The notes beneath the pieces were generated by a model that made no database searches, was not told the DNA's origin, and worked only from the letters and a program-made list of their open reading frames with translations. A stretch of DNA of 64,000 nt, taken from assembly GCA_043228905.1 (NCBI GenBank), contig JBHGNT010000018.1, positions 14,446,001 through 14,510,000 on the forward strand, given 5' to 3'. The position numbers and the translations under genes were made by a program. Shown one piece after another: positions 22,024 through 34,050 of the stretch. Origin of the DNA: Azolla caroliniana (taxonomy: Eukaryota; Plantae; Polypodiophyta). Every line of letters begins with the position of its first letter. Positions within the stretch are counted from its first letter, which is position 1.

Positions 22024-22909
22024 TGTCGTGCCTTTCGGCTCCAGATCGTTGCGTGACTCGGGTGGGAACCACTGGGGTTTTGGACTAAGAGGAAAGAAAA
22101 TTCTAAGGCAATTAAGAATGTGAAATATATTGTAGGAAAGAAAGATATGAAAAACTCGTGAATCCCACGAGTATAGTGTATTAGTGAGTACTCAAATTAA
22201 GAGAGAAAAATAGTTAGCAAATTCGTGGATCCCACGATTATATTATATTAATCAACCCTTGTAAAATAATCAACAACCTCTATACATCTTTCTCTCTTCC
22301 TTATATAGTGTTGGAAGAGTCTAAGTTTATCACATGCAAGCATCATGCTTTTCCTATCTTTAGTTTTCATGCACACTGCACGTGCATGATTAGCTTTCTA
22401 TCTCATCTTTTCTTTTAACTCGAGTGTCTATGCATGAATAACTTTTTGTACCATGCATGTTTAGAAATTTTACATGGGATAAAGTTTAGTATAACTTAAA
22501 AATTCATAATACACTAGATAAGGCTTAACATTATTAACATGGAGGTGCAAGGTTCGAATCTTGCCCTATGCATGTAATATATGATTTTATACTCTCTTCT
22601 ATTTACAAATATGTCTCTTCATCTGGTGAGAGACTCTCACCGGCCTTCTTCATCCGGCTCTCGCTGGTTCTGCTTCATCCGGTTCTCGTCGGTTTTCTTT
22701 ATTCGGTTCTTATCAGATCCTTCTTACCGGTCCTCTTCGTCCGTTTCTCACCGACTCTCACCAGCCTTCTTCATCCAGCTCTTGCCAGTCTCCTTACCGG
22801 TTTCGGTCCTCACCGGTTCTTCCTTCCGGTTCTCACTGGGTACTCCATATCCTATCCGGAGAAACCAAAAATGTAATTTTTCACGTAGTGTGCGAATTAC
22901 ACTACGACA
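22024..22909 (-). mobile_element. S2: solo Gypsy LTR inserted in the integrase of E
   Basis: TGTCGTG..CTACGACA; 4-bp TSD GCGT/ACGT; E sequence is continuous across it; shares GGAACCNC..GGGGTT..GAC and B-box motifs with the H LTR. Confidence 0.85.
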
Positions 22910-24010
22910 ACGTGTCTCCGTCCAAGGGTATTGAGGGTGATCTGTTTATCACATATGTCGCCGTCGACAGTGCCTCAACCCAAAACTTCTTGGGTAGTTT
23001 TGCATGCGCCAACATACTCCGGACCCTCTCCATTATGGTCTGGTTCATCCTCTCGGCCAACCCGTTTAGTTCCGGCATCTTCGGAACAGAAAATTTGAGC
23101 CAGATTCCCTTCAAGCGACAGTACTCCTCGAACTGCCCCTAGTATTCTCCTCCGTTATCTGCTCGAACCGCCTTCAGCTTCCGGCCGGTTTCTCTTTCCA
23201 CTCTCGCGTGGAGCTCTTTGAAGACGAATAACACCTGATCCTTCGTCTTCAACGGTGTGGCCCACAACTTCCGGTTGTGGTCATCTATGAACGTCACGAA
23301 GTACTGCGATCCTGCATGTGACTTCGTGTCCACTTGACACACATCCGTGTGCACCAACTCCAGTGGCGCATTACGTCTCATCGGTGGCCTCGATCGGAAG
23401 GAGGTCCAGTTTTGTTTACCGGCCAGACAATCAGTGCACTTCTCCAAGTGCACATTGTCGTGAAGAAAACCGTCCCCTGGCACAAACTGTGTATAATGTG
23501 TGTTAACAGGCCCTTACACGTGGGCACGCCCCTTGTTGTGTTACCGGCCGGCAAGGAGTCCAAAATACGGAGTGAAGGAATTAATTAAGTATGGTTGTAA
23601 ATAAGCATAGTATGGACGGACGGACTGGAAACGGTATGCCGTTCCAGATCCGGACGGATCCCGAATAGGTGCGATAGGCACCGTTTTGTACTACGGGCCG
23701 GAAACCTATTTAAAGGCCCGGACCCCATTGTAATCGCAGCGGATAATTAATAGAGCGTATGGTGTTTATACTTCTGTGTTGATTTCCGTTCTGTACTTAC
23801 TGTTATATCTTACGCGTGTAATTAACAAAAGCGCTCTAATCGTGTAACCTACTTAGGTCGGTGTAATCGTTGAGTCATAATCCTATGCCGTAATCACCCT
23901 TTGGTGAAGTGTCTCCGTGACACCTTGTGTTAGGCCTTGTCCGGTCAGAGAACAACACAGTTTTGGCGACCACGATTCCTGCTTTCTCGCAGAGAACGAC
24001 GGCTTAATGG

Positions 24011-25105
24011 ATGACGAGACCAACGCACGACCTGGTTACAGACCGAGCTCGACGCCTCGCCGAACGGCAAAGACGGCGTGAGACTTTCCAGCAAGCAGCG
24101 CACGAAATTCGCTCGGATCGTTCGTTCTCCAACGAGATCCGGAGAGTCGCGGAGGAATCTCTTCGGTTACAGCAAACTCGCGACCAGGACGACGGAAGCG
24201 GTCTAAGTAGTCTCCGGGAAACCGAACGGCTCCTCGAGGCGCTGGCAAGCGGAGAAAACGAGGCAGAAGCCTTTTCAGCCTACGAATCGGATTCCGAAGG
24301 GGGATACAGCGTGCACACGAATTACCGGAGCAGCAACGATACTCCCGGCGGCCCGGAGGACGACGGGTCGGATACCGTGCCGACTCCAGAACCGGAACCG
24401 TTCGACCAGGGCTATCCGGAACCGCAAACGGAAGCCGTTAACCCACCAACACCGGAAGTGGAAGAAGCAAAGCCACCGACACCAATGAAAGAGCCGGCGA
24501 AAGAACCGGACGAAGAGCCGGTGAAGGAACCGGAAAAAGAACCGGAAGAGGAACCGGAAAAAGCACCGGCAAAAGAACCAGAAGTGGAACCGGAGAGAAA
24601 ACCGGAAAGATATCAACAAACGCCACTAAACCGCGGCCTAATATTGGACGATGACATGCCGTTCCAATACTCAAAGTATCGCGATGATCTGGACGCGGAA
24701 GCGCATGTTCATGCCTTCGAGCAGACATGGGAAGCAAATCACGCGTCCCAGCGATTGACACCGGAGGAAGAAGAACGCTCGAAGATAGCGGAATTCAGGG
24801 TCACGTTGGAAGGACCAGCGGCACGATGGCGGCGGACGCAGGACCCGGCGACCATCACAACCTTTGCAGAATTAAAAGCAAAATTCTTGCATTTTTTCCA
24901 CAAGGAGGTCGACCAGACGATAATGGTGGGCCTGTTTTATACGATCCAACAGGAGGCAGGGGAAAGCATTCCCCAATTCGTCATCCGTTTCCAACGAATG
25001 CATAGCCAGCTTGCCCGTGCACCCTCGGAGGAGGAATTACGGACGATATTTTTAAACGCACTCCGGGAACCGTTACGCACGGTGTGTACGGTGATCCACT
25101 TTTGA
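24011..25105 (+). CDS. gag: Gag N-terminal/capsid part of F
   Basis: Retrotransposon-gag-like LEGPAARW..IQQEAGESIPQFVIRF; acidic proline-rich KEPE repeats; in frame with the next ORF across a single TGA. Confidence 0.85.
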   Translation: MTRPTHDLVTDRARRLAERQRRRETFQQAAHEIRSDRSFSNEIRRVAEESLRLQQTRDQDDGSGLSSLRETERLLEALASGENEAEAFSAYESDSEGGYSVHTNYRSSNDTPGGPEDDGSDTVPTPEPEPFDQGYPEPQTEAVNPPTPEVEEAKPPTPMKEPAKEPDEEPVKEPEKEPEEEPEKAPAKEPEVEPERKPERYQQTPLNRGLILDDDMPFQYSKYRDDLDAEAHVHAFEQTWEANHASQRLTPEEEERSKIAEFRVTLEGPAARWRRTQDPATITTFAELKAKFLHFFHKEVDQTIMVGLFYTIQQEAGESIPQFVIRFQRMHSQLARAPSEEELRTIFLNALREPLRTVCTVIHF

Positions 25106-25144
25106 GGAAGCACCATTGACCAGGTCATTGACCGGGTCAGAGAA

Positions 25145-28100
25145 ATGGAAAAGTCAAGCTTATGGCTTACACTGGGAGCACTGCAACGGGCGTTACCCAC
25201 AGATGAAGATCTTCGGTTCCGGCAGGCAATTCAATGCACAATCTGCTTGAATGCCGGACACTCGGCAGTGGAGTGCACCATGCGAACCCAATGTGTGATT
25301 TGTCAATCCAAGAGTCATACAACGGACCGGTGCGAGTATAACCTGCTAAACCGACAAGCACCACCCGTCCGACGGATCGAACCAAGAAGCAGCGGAGACG
25401 AAGATGAAGATCGTTGGCAAAGAATGAACCGGTACCGATCGGCACAGGATGTCCGGTACGGAGATAGACAAGAGAATGATGGCCGGTACGGGGATCGGCA
25501 TGATAACTACGACCGGTATGAGCGATCGGACCGTTATCGGGAGTCCAACAGACGACACGAGCAATACGATAGAGATCATTCCCCTGGTTACCGAAGGCAC
25601 CAGGAGGACTACGGCCGATTTTACGATCCACCACGACAGGACTACCGAAATAAAAATAAGAGTAATAAGAAACGTAATTTCAAGAAAGGTGGTCACACTA
25701 GGGACCCGGAACATGGAACCCCAAGGAGCCAACCGACACAGAACGCACCACTCACTACGGGACCGACTCCGGCTACCAGCAATGCTGAATCCAGCAATAC
25801 CCGTAAAGAGTACTGCTACTACTGCAGGCAGGAAGGCCACTACAGTAACCAGTGCCCGGCAAAGAGCTACGATAAACGACCAGCAGTTAATATGGTGGTT
25901 CCGGAAGTGGCGGATGTACAACAAGTAACCACACGGTCGAAAGGCATGGCCAAAGAGTGGGAAACACAAGAGGCCATACGAAAACAGGCAACGGAATGGG
26001 TGAAGGAAGCCAATGAAAGGAACGTCGCGGACACGGAACGGCAAAAGGCGAATACCATAGGGAGTGCCGGCGGTAGCCACGCAGAAAACGAGACATGGCA
26101 AGCACTGCAAGAATGTCAGATCACGTTGCCATTAGGAAGACTCTTGCAGCTCGTGCCGCAATTTACGGAAGGACTAAAAACGGTCATGACAGACGGTATA
26201 GCCCCACCGGCACCAGTCCTCTTCTCGAATCCGGAGGAGGGACCGACGGTGGTGGACACTAGTAGTCCGGTGATTACAGCTATTGTCAAAGGGCACGAAC
26301 TTCCCGGCACAGTAATCGATGGAGGTTCCGGGGTGAACGTAATAAGCCTCCGCACGTGTGATGCCTTGGGTATACATGAATGGGAGCCATGTCCGTTCTG
26401 GCTACGGATGGCGGATACGAGCTCTGTACGGCCGACGGGCTTAATACGGAAATTGGAAGTCACCATAGGAGGTCACACATTTCACATCTCGGCTATAGTG
26501 CTGCAGCTACAGGCGCAAGGAGCGTACCCACTGTTGCTGGGCAGACCATGGTTGAAAACAACACACATCAAGCAAAATTGGCGGAAAAATATGATTACCT
26601 TCCGGCGCGGAAAAGCCAAGGTCCGGGTACCGACACAACCACGGACGAGCAACGGTAAGGAATGCACACCGCTATATGCGGAATGCGTGAACATGCTTGA
26701 AGGGTTGGCAGACGACGAAGAAGCCCAGTACTTGGAGGAACACCCGAAGATCGTACCGCTCTTCGAGATTGACGTAGCTAAAGCCGTAGCGCCATACTTG
26801 CCGCAGCGGGACGAAACCGAAGCCGAACCAGACAAAGATTCGATTCGGGAATTACGGCAAGCACAGGAAGCGTTGGAACGGGAAATGGCCGTTTCCCAAC
26901 GGGTAAAAACATCCCAGCTCGACGAAGTGAACCTAGGAAGCAAGGACGAATCAAAGCCGGTACACATCGCCAAAGAAATGAAGCCGGAAGATAAAGCGGC
27001 GATGATCAAACTTCTCACGGAGTTTCGCGACGTATTCACCTGGTCATACGAAGACATGCGAGGGCTGGACCCTCAATTATATCAGCATCAGATCCACTTA
27101 GGCAAGGACGCGAAACCAGTGGCGCAAAGACGTTACCGAATGAACCCCAACTACGCCGCCAAAGTGAAGGAGGAAATCGACAAACTCCTAAGAGTGGGCT
27201 TCATCCGGCCGGTAAAGAAAGCGACGTGGCTGAGCCCCATCGTCGTCGTCCCAAAGAAGAACGGTAAAATCCGCGTGTGTGTAGATTACAGGAAACTAAA
27301 TGCAGCCACAATTACGGATGCATTCCCTCTTCCGTTCACGGATGGAGTACTGGATGCCGTCGCCGGCCATGAAGTTTATAGCTTTTTAGACGGGTTCAGC
27401 GGATACAATCAAATCCGGATGCACCCTGACGACCAGGAGAAGACAGCGTTCGTCACCGAATGGGGGGTGTTTGTGGCCGTAGTAATGATGTTCGGACTAA
27501 AAACGGCACCAGCAACTTTCCAGCGAATCATCATGGAGATCTTCGGCGAATACATTCCAGCCTTCATGCAGGTTTTCCTGGATGACTTTGCAGTCTATAG
27601 CCGGGAAAAAGACCATTTGCAGCACCTACGGTTATGCCTTGAAAAGTGTAGGTTATACCGGCTAAGCTTAAACCCAGCAAAATGCATCTTTGGGGTTTCA
27701 AGTGGAATATTACTGGGACACATTGTAAGTAAGGAGGGCATTGCGGTCGACCCGGACAAAGTAAACGCGATACTAGGGGCACCGGCGCCGAAAACGGCCA
27801 AAGCACTAAGCCGATTCTTAGGACAGATCCGGTGGCACAGCCGGATGCTCCGTCACTTGGCTGACTTGGCTACACCATTACACACCGCGGTACATCGGAC
27901 ACCGTTCCAATGGACGGATACGGAGGATAAGGCATACAATGCCCTGAAGGTACTTTTGTCACAAGCACCCGTCGTGCAGCCTCCGGATTGGAGCAAGGAA
28001 TTTCATGTGTTCGTTGACGCTTCCGACATCGCTATCGGCAGTGCCTTAATGCAACTTACGGAGCCTAAATGGTACCGGCCGGTATATTACGCCAGCCGGA

Positions 28101-29881
28101 AGCTGTCCCAAGGGGAGAAGAACTATTCGACGACGGAACGGGAGGCCCTGGGCATGATCTACAGTGTAACAAAGTTTCGTCATTACCTATTGGGAAGGAA
28201 GTTCTCCTTTCATGTGGATCACTCGGCGCTCCTGTACTTAGTGTCCAAGGCGTCCCTGACCGGTAAGTTGGCCCGTTGGACCTTGCTGTTGCAGGAGTTC
28301 GAATTCGAGATCTTCCACCGGCCCGGTATCCAGCATGCCGTAGCAAACTACCTGAGCCGGTTAGAATCCGGAGAATCAGGCGACGGAGTATCGGATGAAT
28401 TCCCGGACGCAGAGTTATTCCGTATCACCCCGGAAACGGCAGCGGACGACACGGTGGCATCAGAAGATAGGTGGCTGACAAACATGCACCAGTTCCTAAG
28501 CACGGGCCTGCCACCGGAGGAAATGAACCGGGACGAGAGGAAACGACTGGCGGTGCAGAGCCGCAATTTCTGTCTGTTACGGGGCACTCTCTACCACAAG
28601 GGAGCAGATGGAATATGGAGACGGGCAGTCCGTAGTGACGAGAAACAAGTAATCTTACGGGAAGCACACTGTGGGGTTGCCGGAGGACACTATGCCGGGG
28701 AAGCGACGGCAAGGAAAGTATGGCAGAGAGGCTTATGGTGGCCCACGACGTTAAAAGACGCCGTCAAGTATGCTAAGGAATGTGACCTATGCCAACGAAT
28801 GGGCCAGCCTACGGAGCAAGCACGGATGCCACACCAACCGGTACTTCCACTAGAGCCATTCCAGAAGTGGGGGTTGGATTTTGTCGGACCGTTCAAGCCA
28901 CCGGCAATGAGAACGGGTAATCGTTATGTCATCGTGGCAACAGATTATTGCACTAAATGGGTGGAGGCTAAGGCCTTGAGAGACAACACCGCGTCATCCA
29001 CAGCAAAATTCCTGTACGAAAACATTTGGTGCCGATATGGATGTCCGATTGAATTAATCAGCGACCAAGGAGGGCACTTTCTCGGCCAGGTAGTTGAAAG
29101 CTTAACAACGTTCTATGCCGTGGTCCATAAACGGAGCACACCGTACTACCCACAAGCAAACGGGTTAGCAGAGTCAACCAACAAAACGCTCCAGAACATT
29201 CTCCGCAAAATCGTCAATGAAAACCGGACGGACTGGGATACAAAGCTCCATAGCGCGCTATGGGCGTACCGAACGACATACAAAACAAGTATCCGGACAA
29301 CGCCGTTCCAGTTAGCGTTCGGCTTAGAGGCGGTCATGCCGGTGGAATTTCAGGTACCAAGCTTACGGATCCAACTACGGGAACGGCTGAATGAAAAGGA
29401 GTCGGAGGAAATGCGGCTAGCAGCACTATGCCAACTGGAGGAGCAACGGCTGGCCAGCATCCTACACATGGAACTGGAGCAACGACGACGGAAAGCGTTC
29501 GTTGACCGTCACCGGAAAGGTAATGAAAAGATGTTCGAAATCGGAAAGCCGGTGCTAGTATTCCAAACGAGGATGGGCAAGATGCCGGGTAAACTCCGGT
29601 TTAGATGGACAGGCCCGTATTGGCTGACACGGGAATACAACGGGTCCTATCAGTTAGGGACACTTGCCGGTGAAGTGCTAGGCAAGTGGGTCAACGGATT
29701 TAGACTAAAGCCCTATAAAGGACCGATGCCAAATAACCCGTTTATGCAGCCCATCGGCACTATACCGGGAACGGGACGGATGGAAGAAAAAGACGACGGG
29801 GAACTCGTAGCAGAGGCGAAGGAAGACACGGCAACCCGTAAGGAAAACGGTAAGGGTCCGAAGGGACCTACGGATGTGTAA
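25145..29881 (+). CDS. pol: Gag C-terminus plus Pol of F (zinc knuckles, protease, RT, RNase H, integrase)
   Basis: Motifs CYYCRQEGHYSNQC, VIDGGSGVN, LDGFSGYNQI, FLDDF, FVDASD, GGHY..CDLCQ, WGLDFVGP and ISDQG. Confidence 0.96.
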   Translation: MEKSSLWLTLGALQRALPTDEDLRFRQAIQCTICLNAGHSAVECTMRTQCVICQSKSHTTDRCEYNLLNRQAPPVRRIEPRSSGDEDEDRWQRMNRYRSAQDVRYGDRQENDGRYGDRHDNYDRYERSDRYRESNRRHEQYDRDHSPGYRRHQEDYGRFYDPPRQDYRNKNKSNKKRNFKKGGHTRDPEHGTPRSQPTQNAPLTTGPTPATSNAESSNTRKEYCYYCRQEGHYSNQCPAKSYDKRPAVNMVVPEVADVQQVTTRSKGMAKEWETQEAIRKQATEWVKEANERNVADTERQKANTIGSAGGSHAENETWQALQECQITLPLGRLLQLVPQFTEGLKTVMTDGIAPPAPVLFSNPEEGPTVVDTSSPVITAIVKGHELPGTVIDGGSGVNVISLRTCDALGIHEWEPCPFWLRMADTSSVRPTGLIRKLEVTIGGHTFHISAIVLQLQAQGAYPLLLGRPWLKTTHIKQNWRKNMITFRRGKAKVRVPTQPRTSNGKECTPLYAECVNMLEGLADDEEAQYLEEHPKIVPLFEIDVAKAVAPYLPQRDETEAEPDKDSIRELRQAQEALEREMAVSQRVKTSQLDEVNLGSKDESKPVHIAKEMKPEDKAAMIKLLTEFRDVFTWSYEDMRGLDPQLYQHQIHLGKDAKPVAQRRYRMNPNYAAKVKEEIDKLLRVGFIRPVKKATWLSPIVVVPKKNGKIRVCVDYRKLNAATITDAFPLPFTDGVLDAVAGHEVYSFLDGFSGYNQIRMHPDDQEKTAFVTEWGVFVAVVMMFGLKTAPATFQRIIMEIFGEYIPAFMQVFLDDFAVYSREKDHLQHLRLCLEKCRLYRLSLNPAKCIFGVSSGILLGHIVSKEGIAVDPDKVNAILGAPAPKTAKALSRFLGQIRWHSRMLRHLADLATPLHTAVHRTPFQWTDTEDKAYNALKVLLSQAPVVQPPDWSKEFHVFVDASDIAIGSALMQLTEPKWYRPVYYASRKLSQGEKNYSTTEREALGMIYSVTKFRHYLLGRKFSFHVDHSALLYLVSKASLTGKLARWTLLLQEFEFEIFHRPGIQHAVANYLSRLESGESGDGVSDEFPDAELFRITPETAADDTVASEDRWLTNMHQFLSTGLPPEEMNRDERKRLAVQSRNFCLLRGTLYHKGADGIWRRAVRSDEKQVILREAHCGVAGGHYAGEATARKVWQRGLWWPTTLKDAVKYAKECDLCQRMGQPTEQARMPHQPVLPLEPFQKWGLDFVGPFKPPAMRTGNRYVIVATDYCTKWVEAKALRDNTASSTAKFLYENIWCRYGCPIELISDQGGHFLGQVVESLTTFYAVVHKRSTPYYPQANGLAESTNKTLQNILRKIVNENRTDWDTKLHSALWAYRTTYKTSIRTTPFQLAFGLEAVMPVEFQVPSLRIQLRERLNEKESEEMRLAALCQLEEQRLASILHMELEQRRRKAFVDRHRKGNEKMFEIGKPVLVFQTRMGKMPGKLRFRWTGPYWLTREYNGSYQLGTLAGEVLGKWVNGFRLKPYKGPMPNNPFMQPIGTIPGTGRMEEKDDGELVAEAKEDTATRKENGKGPKGPTDV

Positions 29882-30260
29882 GATCACATAACGTCATTTA
29901 TAAAAAAAAAGAAAAAAAAAAAGAAAAAGAGAAATCATTAAAAATCGAGGTATGAACGGACGTGAAAGGAAGGAGCGAAAAGGTACGTAGTGGGCATTTA
30001 AGAGCCGCCACATCACTTAATACTAAATTGGTACACGACGTGCGCATGCTCGAAAAAGGCGCCAAGACGCACAGAGAAAAAGCTGAACGCATGGAGACCT
30101 TTTCATTTCGCGAGCCAAGAAGCACAGAAGCACCAAGGCGGTTGAAGCTTATCAGACGCGAACCTGCACTCAGAGAACCCCCACGTTCGGAACTCTCTCT
30201 CTCTCGCTCTCACTCTCATCACCACTCTACCTCGCCATCTTTCCTCGACCTCGAAGCAGA

Positions 30261-32929
30261 CATGGACCCACAAACGCTGTCGGAAGCTGCCAGGAAATGG
30301 CTCAGGCAACACGGACTGGATGGGTTCTTGACCATCATGGAGGCACCACCGCACAAAGAAGCCGACCGGGTCATCAAGGAGCTCGACACAGAAGTCATCA
30401 CCGAGGAAGCGATCCGTGCGCTAACAGGCCTTCCGGAGGGAGGTATTTTTCAGATCGATAACCCAACCTCGGAGCAACTCATCCGATATTTCGGTGAGTA
30501 CTCTCTAGCCGGCAAAGGCTATCGAATGCAGGGCGGCGAAGATCCGCTATTTAGGGAGATAGCTCGAGTGCTCCATGAGTACGGCCACGTGTACCCCCGA
30601 CCCCCTGTCATGCCAAAAAATCAGGCAGGGATGATCATAGCCACCTATGAAGGGATCAAGGTGGATTGGCCGGTGTTGATTGCAGACGGTTTGTGCGCGG
30701 CAATCGACACGGTACGAGGAAAGGACGGCAAGGAGGGCCGGAAGCTGTGGCATGCCGTAGCTCAGTGGATAACATTGCTCGCGCCGCCGGTCGAGACCGT
30801 CCAGCCAAAGAAGCGGCCAAGATTATCGGAAGGAAGCACCTCGAAACCCGTGTCCAAACGACAGCAGCTGCTGGCGTCGAAGGCGACGAAAGGGAAGAAA
30901 CGGCTCCCAGAACCGGAGGAGGTGTCACCGGTCCGACCCGTTAAGATAACCATACGGCGACCGGGACAGAAGGAACCGGAACCCTTGACGGCACAGATAC
31001 ATGCCGTTACCCAGGAAGAGGAAACGGAGGAGCCAGTAGAGCACCTCCAACGACGGTCAAGAAGTAGGACCGCCGGGACAGCGGGGGAGCGTTCGGACCC
31101 GCAAAAGGAAGAAACGCCCCCAACTCAACCTGAGCAAACCACAAGGGAGGAACCGGAACCGGTGCGTATAGAACCGGCCTTGTCGACTTCTGTACAAGAA
31201 GTCATTCTAACGGCTCCGGAGACGGCGAGAACCGGAACTCAACAGCCGGCGAGCCCTGCCAGCACACACAGCGGCCAAGGAATAGAACCAGAACGGCAGA
31301 TACAGGCACTCAGGCCAGACAATTCCACAGTGAACGAGCCGACCCGACCAGTACAGCAGCAAGGCACCAGTAGCATGTGGCTACGGTGGGTAGGCGAGCA
31401 GATCGCCGGAGCGGTCGAGTACATAGAGGCGGAGGAGAGAGCGCACCACGAACGGTTGCTCGTCACAACCGTAGATCTAGAGACGGCCTGATCCAGAATC
31501 CGGAGCCTTGAACAAGACTTGGACAGGGTCACAAGGGAAATGGCTCAATTGGCTTTGACAACACAAGTCCAAGCACCGGTGACTCCGGGCAATGTACAGA
31601 ATAAAGCGTCAGATCAACCTGTACATAGCAATCAGACCCCGGCAATGGAAACCGTTCCGGAGAAATGCGGCACAAGCCCAAGAGCTTGCGGACTTAAAGG
31701 ATGAGCTAGCTGCCCAAGAAGCGCTGAGGAGCCGCGAAAGAGAGTTGAAGACGGCAGCGGAGGCAGAACTCAAAAAGACTGCTGAGAATCTACGCTGGGC
31801 CGAGGAGAGCTTACGAAAAGGCCACCAAGCGTACGACCGGCTCAAGGAGGAGAAGGAGAAAATGCTGCAAGAGAAGGACAGGCTCCGGAGAAACGCCGAA
31901 ACAGAAGTAGAGCGCCTGAAAGAGGAACTCCGGCAGCTAAAGGACCGGGAGGACCGGAACCATCGCCAGATCAACGGCAAGCTCAAACAAAAAACGGAGG
32001 AATTTGAGCACTTGCACCGGGAGTATAAACGGTTGCAAACGGAGCACAAGGAATGGACGGATGAGCTCCGGCAAGCAGTTGATCGGACCGCAACGGCATA
32101 CGCTAATGAACAAGCGGAAACCAGAAGACGGTTGGAAGAGGCGGAGAAGGTTCGGACAGAGCTCCTCAGGCAACAATAGGCGGAAAGAGAAAGAGCGGCG
32201 GAGGTACTGCAGAAGCTGCAAACAACATATCAAGGGCAGCTGACACGCTACAGAGAGCAGGCGGAGGATATGGCTAATCTCATCAAGCAGTTGAAGGAGG
32301 AACGACACGTTGTGGAAAGTAGAGCGCAAATGGGAGCAAGTCGCATCCAGGATATCATGTGGGCCTGGTTGAACCAGACCAAGAGCTTGATTGACAACGG
32401 TTCCGTCAAATGGTGGACCAAGTGGGCCCCGAACGCGGCGGAACTCCAATTGCTCCGGGCCGACGTAGAGAACCGGCGGAAGGAGGGAGATGATTGCTAT
32501 ATGCTGACTTCCGAAGACTTCACCGGCATAAGAGATGAGCTGGCCGAAGACTTTCAAGCCTTGGCAGAGGACCAACTAGGGCAAGTCCGGCAACTTGTAG
32601 CTCAGCTGGACGACGACAGGCTGGAGGCGCAGATCCAGTTTGAAAGCTACGAGAGGTCCCGGATCCGGGAAGAGAAAGCACGAGAACCAGTAACGGTCAA
32701 CCTCAGTGATGAGGAACCGTTACTGGAAGGAGACCGGACCGAAAGCAGTCAAACGGGGATGCCGGAGTCAGAGAAACAAACGGAGCAGCCGCCTATAGAG
32801 CAGCCGGAGCAGTCTCAGTCCCAACCACAACCACAGCAGCAGCAGCAAGCACAACCGCAACAACCACAACCGGAAGAACAATTGGAAACTCTGGAACAAA
32901 GTATTTTGGACAATTTGGGTGAACAATGA
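30261..32929 (+). pseudogene. Extra ORF3 of F: globular N-terminal domain, low-complexity linker and long coiled coil; disrupted
   Basis: Track ORFs 29962-31491, 31519-31704, 31592-32179 and 32270-32929 join through two in-frame stops and one frameshift; likely start MDPQTLSE near 30261. Confidence 0.7.
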
Positions 32930-33897
32930 AGGGGCCGAGAAGGGTTCGACGTACAAGGTACTGTCCCACGGGCGTGCCATGTGTTACCGGCCGGCAAGGA
33001 GTCCAAAATACGGAGTGAAGGAATTAATTAAGTATGGTTGTAAATAAGCATAGTATGGACGGACGGACTGGAAACGGTATGCCGTTCCAGATCCGGACGG
33101 ATCCCGAATAGGTGCGATAGGCACCGTTTTGTACTACGGGCCGGAAACCTATTTAAAGGCCCGAACCCCATTGTAATCGCAGCGGATAATTAATAGAGCG
33201 TATGGTGTTTATACTTCTGTGTTGATTTCCGTTCTGTACTTACTGTTATATCTTACGCGTGTAATTAACAAAAGCGCTCTAATCGTGTAACCTACTTAGG
33301 TCGGTGTAATCGTTGAGTCATAATCCTATGCCGTAATCACCCTTTGGTGAAGTGTCTCCGTGACACCTTGTGTTAGGCCTTGTCCGGTCAGAGAACAACA
33401 TGTTGTATAGTAGATAGGTAGGCACAAAGGTCAAATCTTGGGTAGCAATATTCTATAGGGGAAATCGAGGAGTATCTCTGTCCGAAAGGACAGAGAATTA
33501 ATGTGATGTAAACGGGTGAAACGGCCTCCCTCCTTGAGCTATAAAAGAGAGGGAGACGAGGGGGAGAGAGGGAACGAAGTGCTGTCGGACTGGGACCGAG
33601 CTCTTCTTCTCTGTCGTTCTCCATAGCTTTCTTTTGCGCAAGCTCTCAAGAGGCTGATTCTGCTCTATGGAACGCCCGTGTGCTTCCGACAGAATCTCCA
33701 TCTTGCTCTCTTGTGTGCGTGGGTGATCAGGCGTCAGCATCCACCTCGCCAACCTAGTCGGCTGTAACCATTCGAGTCGTCTGCATACATACAAATACAT
33801 GCCTATATTTACATACACACTCTAGTGTTCTCAACTCGCGTCTCCTGTGTTGTTGTGACGCGTCCCCGTGCGCTTCTTTGTCTATACGTGAGTGAGC

Positions 33898-33934
<37 letters not shown>

Positions 33935-34050
33935 CCTCACCTATTCCTCGGTCCAAGACCCCAGTGGTTCCGCCTTGTTCTCCACGCACGCGCGTAACAA
34001 TGCGACATATTTGGTGAACCCGACGTGAACAGGCGGTAGAGGAGTAGAAG

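Larger units (their letters stand above)
23539..33400 (+). mobile_element. Element F: full-length non-chromovirus Ty3/Gypsy with an extra 3' ORF
   Basis: 419-bp near-identical LTRs (23539-23957, 32982-33400); 5-bp TSD TGTTG; PBS TGGCGACCAC (tRNA-Arg-like) near 23964; domain order PR-RT-RH-INT. Confidence 0.96.
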
